Part shown: in pieces, positions 46,167-49,745 of the stretch
How the letters are laid out: each line of letters begins with the position of its first letter
How positions within the stretch are numbered: position 1 is the stretch's first letter
IMG/VR virus record: IMGVR_UViG_3300049144_000149
Span: 1 to 49,745 of that record
From: a virus
Taxonomy: Duplodnaviria > Caudoviricetes
Direction: 5' to 3' (one strand)
Length of the DNA stretch: 49,745 bases
Made by a program: the position numbers and the translations under genes
The notes under the pieces: model-generated
What the model saw: only the letters and a program-made list of their open reading frames with translations
What the model was told of the DNA's origin: nothing
Databases searched by the model: none

Positions 46167-46792
46167 TGAACACGACAGATAAGAAAATCAGCGAGATCCT
46201 TGCCAAGTTCGGCGAGCCCATGGCCGGGAACGTGTGGCGGGTTCAGGGCACGGCGGTGATCTATCACAAGGCCCTCGAGCGGATAGCCACTTCCGCCAAG
46301 ATCGCCTTCGATGAGCCGAAGATCATTCGTGCCGAGCGGGATGAGGCGGTGATCCGAGTGACGGGCCGCATGGGGGACCGTGTTGAGTGGTCGATCGGCG
46401 AGGCGCTTATCGGCACGAACTATCGAGTTAGCGGCAAGCAGGCTGCCTACGTTTATGCCATGGCCGAGAAGAGAGCCAAGGATCGCGTGATCCTGAAGCT
46501 GATCGAACTCTCCGGTGATGTGTATTCGGAAGAGGAAGCAGACGAGTTTAAGCAGGGGCGTCCCGCCGTAGGCCAGCCCGCCGCGAACGAAGACAAATAC
46601 CCTGAAGAGGTCCGGGAGTACCTGGACAAGATCCGCGACGCAAAGACCATCAATGCGGTCACGGACCTGATGCTTCTCCCCGCTACGCAGCAAGACCTTG
46701 CCGACATGGCCGAGATGTTCCGTGAGGATATCCGGGCGTTTGCAAAGCAGCGCATGGTTGAACTCGGCTGGCTTCCGAAGAAGGCGCAGTGA
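46166..46792 (+). CDS. Putative single-strand annealing protein
   Basis: GEA...N...AMAEKRAKDRVILK...VYSEEE; follows Gp157. Confidence 0.6.
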   Translation: MNTTDKKISEILAKFGEPMAGNVWRVQGTAVIYHKALERIATSAKIAFDEPKIIRAERDEAVIRVTGRMGDRVEWSIGEALIGTNYRVSGKQAAYVYAMAEKRAKDRVILKLIELSGDVYSEEEADEFKQGRPAVGQPAANEDKYPEEVREYLDKIRDAKTINAVTDLMLLPATQQDLADMAEMFREDIRAFAKQRMVELGWLPKKAQ

Positions 46793-46793
46793 C

Positions 46794-47261
46794 ATGATCC
46801 GTCCTGAAGCCATTGAGGCCATTGTCCTCGCAACCAGCACCAACGAAACCAAAGCCAAAGGTCGGGTTCGGAAGGTGACGTTCGAGATCCCGACAGAGGG
46901 ACCCAACCCCTTTGAAGGGCTCGGCGGGGAACGCATCCATATCGTTGTTGTCCGTCTCAACAACGACGAGACGCCCAGTGAGGAACTGAAGAAAGAGCCC
47001 GTCGAAGGTCGCCGCTTCCACCAGATGCCCGCGGCCTCTCAGATTGCTATGGCCTGCCAGACGGGCACCTTCCGCGAATACATCCGGCTCATGCACTATG
47101 CCAACCTGGAGGACAGCGCAGAAGCCTGTGATCGTTGGATTAAGAGGCACCTAGGCATCGAGAGCAAAAGGGAAGTTACGGCCGGCTCTGAGACGTTCGC
47201 GGAATGGACCATGCTCTACGGCAACTATCTGACTTGGCTCAAGTACGAGAGGGCTGACTAA
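46794..47261 (+). CDS. Hypothetical protein
   Basis: ACQ..TF..Y...IKRHLGIESKRE. Confidence 0.7.
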   Translation: MIRPEAIEAIVLATSTNETKAKGRVRKVTFEIPTEGPNPFEGLGGERIHIVVVRLNNDETPSEELKKEPVEGRRFHQMPAASQIAMACQTGTFREYIRLMHYANLEDSAEACDRWIKRHLGIESKREVTAGSETFAEWTMLYGNYLTWLKYERAD

Positions 47262-47632
47262 TGGCCCGTCAGGAATTTACCAAGTCTGTGAAGAGCAAGG
47301 CTGCTGAGCGAGCCAAAGGTCATTGCGAACAGTGCAAGAAAAAGCTCCGGGTAGGCGAGTTCCATTACGATCACCGTGTCGCTGATGGGCTGGGCGGTAC
47401 GCCAACGCTCGACAACTGCACGGTACTGTGCCTGCCTTGCCATAAGGATAAGACCCGCCTGCATGACAGTCCGATCATGCAGAAGGCCGACCGGCAACGC
47501 AAAGCCGTCGCGCAGGGCATTTGCACGGCGCGCAAGCCCATGCCGTTCGGACGGAATTCCAATCTCAAAGTGAAGATGGACGGAACGGTTATTGATCGCC
47601 GCACCGGAGCAATCGTCAGGAGCGGTCGATGA
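47261..47632 (+). CDS. HNH endonuclease
   Basis: CEQC...YDH....LGG....NC.VLC..CH..KT. Confidence 0.9.
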   Translation: MARQEFTKSVKSKAAERAKGHCEQCKKKLRVGEFHYDHRVADGLGGTPTLDNCTVLCLPCHKDKTRLHDSPIMQKADRQRKAVAQGICTARKPMPFGRNSNLKVKMDGTVIDRRTGAIVRSGR

Positions 47633-47871
47633 GTGAACCCATCTACATCCCGCCGTCTGTCCTCACTGGCAAGGATCTGTCCGACTGCATTGCCGAGCAC
47701 AATGCCCGCGTGGCGCGCATCTGGCTCACTGTCGGATCTCGCTGCAAGCCCGCAAACGCAAAAAGGGTCGCCGGTAGAGCAGCGACCCTCTCTGAGTTCC
47801 AAAGGCCACGGGCAAGAGTTGGGGCCCCTCCAACGACCTTCGGTCCGTCTGTTCTAGGCGACCATGGTTAA
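47629..47871 (+). CDS. Hypothetical protein
   Basis: ATGA-coupled. Confidence 0.5.
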   Translation: MSEPIYIPPSVLTGKDLSDCIAEHNARVARIWLTVGSRCKPANAKRVAGRAATLSEFQRPRARVGAPPTTFGPSVLGDHG

Positions 47872-47907
47872 CAGACCCTTATGGAGGAGACGGACGCCAT
47901 GATCAGG

Positions 47908-48000
47908 CAACAAAAAGGGCCGCTGTTAGGGACAGCAGCCCTGAGGTGGGAAGTCTCGACTTCCAGAGGGAACGACCCGAGGGGAGGAATCCTCGCGTCT
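47908..48000 (-). ncRNA. AbcR/alpha-r15-like trans-acting sRNA
   Basis: SL1 with UUCCUCC loop, GUUCCCUCU-GGAAGUCGAGACUUCC SL2, terminator hairpin plus U-run. Confidence 0.6.
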
Positions 48001-48146
48001 TTCCTAAGATGGTGAAGGCATGCCACGCCCGTCACCTCTCCCAACGCCAAGCTGGCATGCATCAAGTGCAGCCGTCCGACCTTGAAACCACCATTCTCAA
48101 CTCCACGCGGAAGGGAGCTTGCTGATGGCGGAGAGGATGCGGCAGC

Positions 48147-48220
48147 AAAGAAAAAGGCCACCCTTGCGAGCGGCCCGAAGTTTAGGGAGGAAACGCCCAA
48201 GAAGGGCGACCGCCGCAACG
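48147..48220 (-). ncRNA. SuhB/MmgR (alpha-r8)-family sRNA
   Basis: GCCCUUCUUGGGCGUUUCCUCCCUAAACUU-GGGCCGCUCGCAAGGGUGGCC-UUUUU matches the recalled family core. Confidence 0.75.
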
Positions 48221-48411
48221 CGACGGGTGCGCGCCTTCTATCCCCGACTTTGGTCGAAGGCCAGTCCGCTAGGGTCACCGCCCCCATGCGCTCAGCGCAT
48301 CGCACGGACATTCCGGCAAAAGCTGGATGCCGATGGAAGTAGGCAACCCTTTGAAGGTGAACGCCCAGAGCGCAGCAAAGGAACAGACCTGCGCTCTGGC
48401 TACAGTCACGG

Positions 48412-48876
48412 ATGATTGAGGAAGTTGAGCAAGCTATGAGTCAGGAACTCACACTCGAGAGCGTCTCTCCGACTACCCCGCTCCGTCTCGAGACAGCGGC
48501 GCGCCTCGCCTTCCCGGATGGGTCCATGGGGGTCAGCGGCTTGCGCAAGGAAGCTGCTCGAGGAAATCTGATGATCGAACGCATTGCCGGGAAAGACTAT
48601 ACGACTCTGGCGGCTATTGAGAGCATGAGGGAATTATGCCGCAACACCACAAAGGTCCCCGTCTGTGGGCGCAGCCGGCCTTCAAAGGAACGGACGGGCG
48701 CAAGAGAGAGGGCGTCTGGGTCATCCGAGACGGAGCGGCTAAGCGAAGCACAGGCATCCGCGTTACGAACCGCCGAAAGGCTCCGCCAGAGGCAGAGCAA
48801 GCCCTCGCCGACTACATCGCAGAAAAGTACCGCCCCTCGCGAGAGCGCGGCCGTGGTGCCGCTGCGATCCCGGTAG
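48412..48876 (+). CDS. Putative excisionase
   Basis: PLRL..AA.LAFPDG.M..SGLRKEA.RG.L..ERIAGKDYTTL; precedes and overlaps int. Confidence 0.7.
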   Translation: MIEEVEQAMSQELTLESVSPTTPLRLETAARLAFPDGSMGVSGLRKEAARGNLMIERIAGKDYTTLAAIESMRELCRNTTKVPVCGRSRPSKERTGARERASGSSETERLSEAQASALRTAERLRQRQSKPSPTTSQKSTAPRESAAVVPLRSR

Positions 48877-49745
48877 CGGACGTCATCAATATCTATCTGA
48901 CTGACAAAGCACCGACGCAGGCTCGTCCTGAGGAAGTCGCCCAGCGAGCCATTCCCCTCCTCAAATTCTGGACCGGCAAGACCCTGGCTGACGTGAACGG
49001 CCGGAACTGCCGCGCCTATGTCACCTGGCGGGCCAAGAAGGTCGCGAGGCGCGAGTTGGAGGATCTGCGGGCGGCGATCAAATATCACCGGGCCGAGGGG
49101 CTCTGTAACGAGATCGTTGAGGTTGTGCTGCCAGAGCGGTCCCCGCCCCGGGAGCGCTGGCTGACCCGCTCGGAAGCCGCACGCCTGATCTGGGCGGCCT
49201 GGCGCTATCGCGAGACGCAGAAGGGGCACATAACGGGACGCTACAGCCGGCGCCATGTGGCGCGGTTTGTCCTGGTCGCGCTCTACACCGGTTCTCGAGC
49301 GGGCGCGGTCTGCGGGGCCACCCTCATGCCGGGGACAGGATCTGGATGGATCGATCTTGAGCGGGGCGTCTTCTACCGGCGCGCCGCGGGCGAGGTTGAG
49401 ACCAAGAAGCGCCGGCCACCGGTTAGACTGCCGGATCGGCTTCTTGCTCACCTGACGCGCTGGCGCAAGCAGGGCCAACTTTATGCGGTCGAATGGAATG
49501 GCAAGCCGATCGGGACCGGCCTCGAGAAGGCATTTCGCCGATCCTGTGAAGATGCAGGCCTTGAGGGGGTTACGCCGCACACTTTGAGACACACTGCCGC
49601 GACTTGGCTGATGCAGCGCGGAACGGATCTGTGGGAGGCGGCCGGCTTCTTGGGAATGACGGTTGAGACGCTCGAGAAGACCTACGGCCATCATCATGCC
49701 GACTTCCAGAAGCAAGCGGCTGATAACATTGTGAGAAAAGCCTGA
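48636..49745 (+). CDS. int: Tyrosine recombinase / phage integrase
   Basis: YTGSR, HTLRH, LGM and TYGHH catalytic motifs. Confidence 0.95.
   Translation: MPQHHKGPRLWAQPAFKGTDGRKREGVWVIRDGAAKRSTGIRVTNRRKAPPEAEQALADYIAEKYRPSRERGRGAAAIPVADVINIYLTDKAPTQARPEEVAQRAIPLLKFWTGKTLADVNGRNCRAYVTWRAKKVARRELEDLRAAIKYHRAEGLCNEIVEVVLPERSPPRERWLTRSEAARLIWAAWRYRETQKGHITGRYSRRHVARFVLVALYTGSRAGAVCGATLMPGTGSGWIDLERGVFYRRAAGEVETKKRRPPVRLPDRLLAHLTRWRKQGQLYAVEWNGKPIGTGLEKAFRRSCEDAGLEGVTPHTLRHTAATWLMQRGTDLWEAAGFLGMTVETLEKTYGHHHADFQKQAADNIVRKA

Larger units (their letters stand above)
1..49745. mobile_element. Temperate siphovirus-like prophage (lambdoid organisation, HK97-type head); left boundary uncertain (1 to about 7800)
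   Basis: Ordered int-xis, early, cI/cro, replication, terminase, head, tail and lysis modules; att sites not seen. Confidence 0.93.

Noticed and set aside
48082-48415. + strand ORFs 48082-48342 and 48119-48415
   Set aside because: They overlap the SuhB-like sRNA and lack protein-like features

Overview
The window is a nearly complete temperate siphovirus-type prophage of a GC-rich alphaproteobacterium. The RTX C-terminus and the Crp and receiver genes look Microvirga/Methylobacteriaceae-like (inference). Reading from the right end: tyrosine integrase and xis; an early + strand operon (ASCH, Gp157, putative annealing protein, HNH); a cI/cro switch with five 15-bp operators; a - strand early operon (CII-like, GapR-like, VRR-NUC, DNA MTase, replication genes, NusG-family antiterminator); HNH/cos/terminase; protease-capsid fusion, portal, neck and tail genes with a -1 frameshift chaperone; tail tip and fibre; GH19 lysis cassette. 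Accessory cargo includes an acyltransferase, an RTX protein, a Nudix hydrolase, an RxxxxH (HEPN-like) protein, and a left-end regulatory cluster (Crp/Fnr, receiver, alphaCTD-like, Rmf/CrpP-like). The most unusual observations are: (i) a 72-aa twin-arginine-signal protein in the tail operon whose mature part copies two motifs from the C-terminus of the tail-tip protein J, next to an antisense HEPN-like gene and near three paralogous tip proteins; (ii) two tandem host-type sRNAs (AbcR/alpha-r15-like and SuhB/MmgR-like) upstream of xis; (iii) a cluster of unannotated single-TM microproteins; (iv) LexA and CtrA boxes on cargo genes. No att sites were identified. All family assignments come from motif recognition by eye, not database searches.
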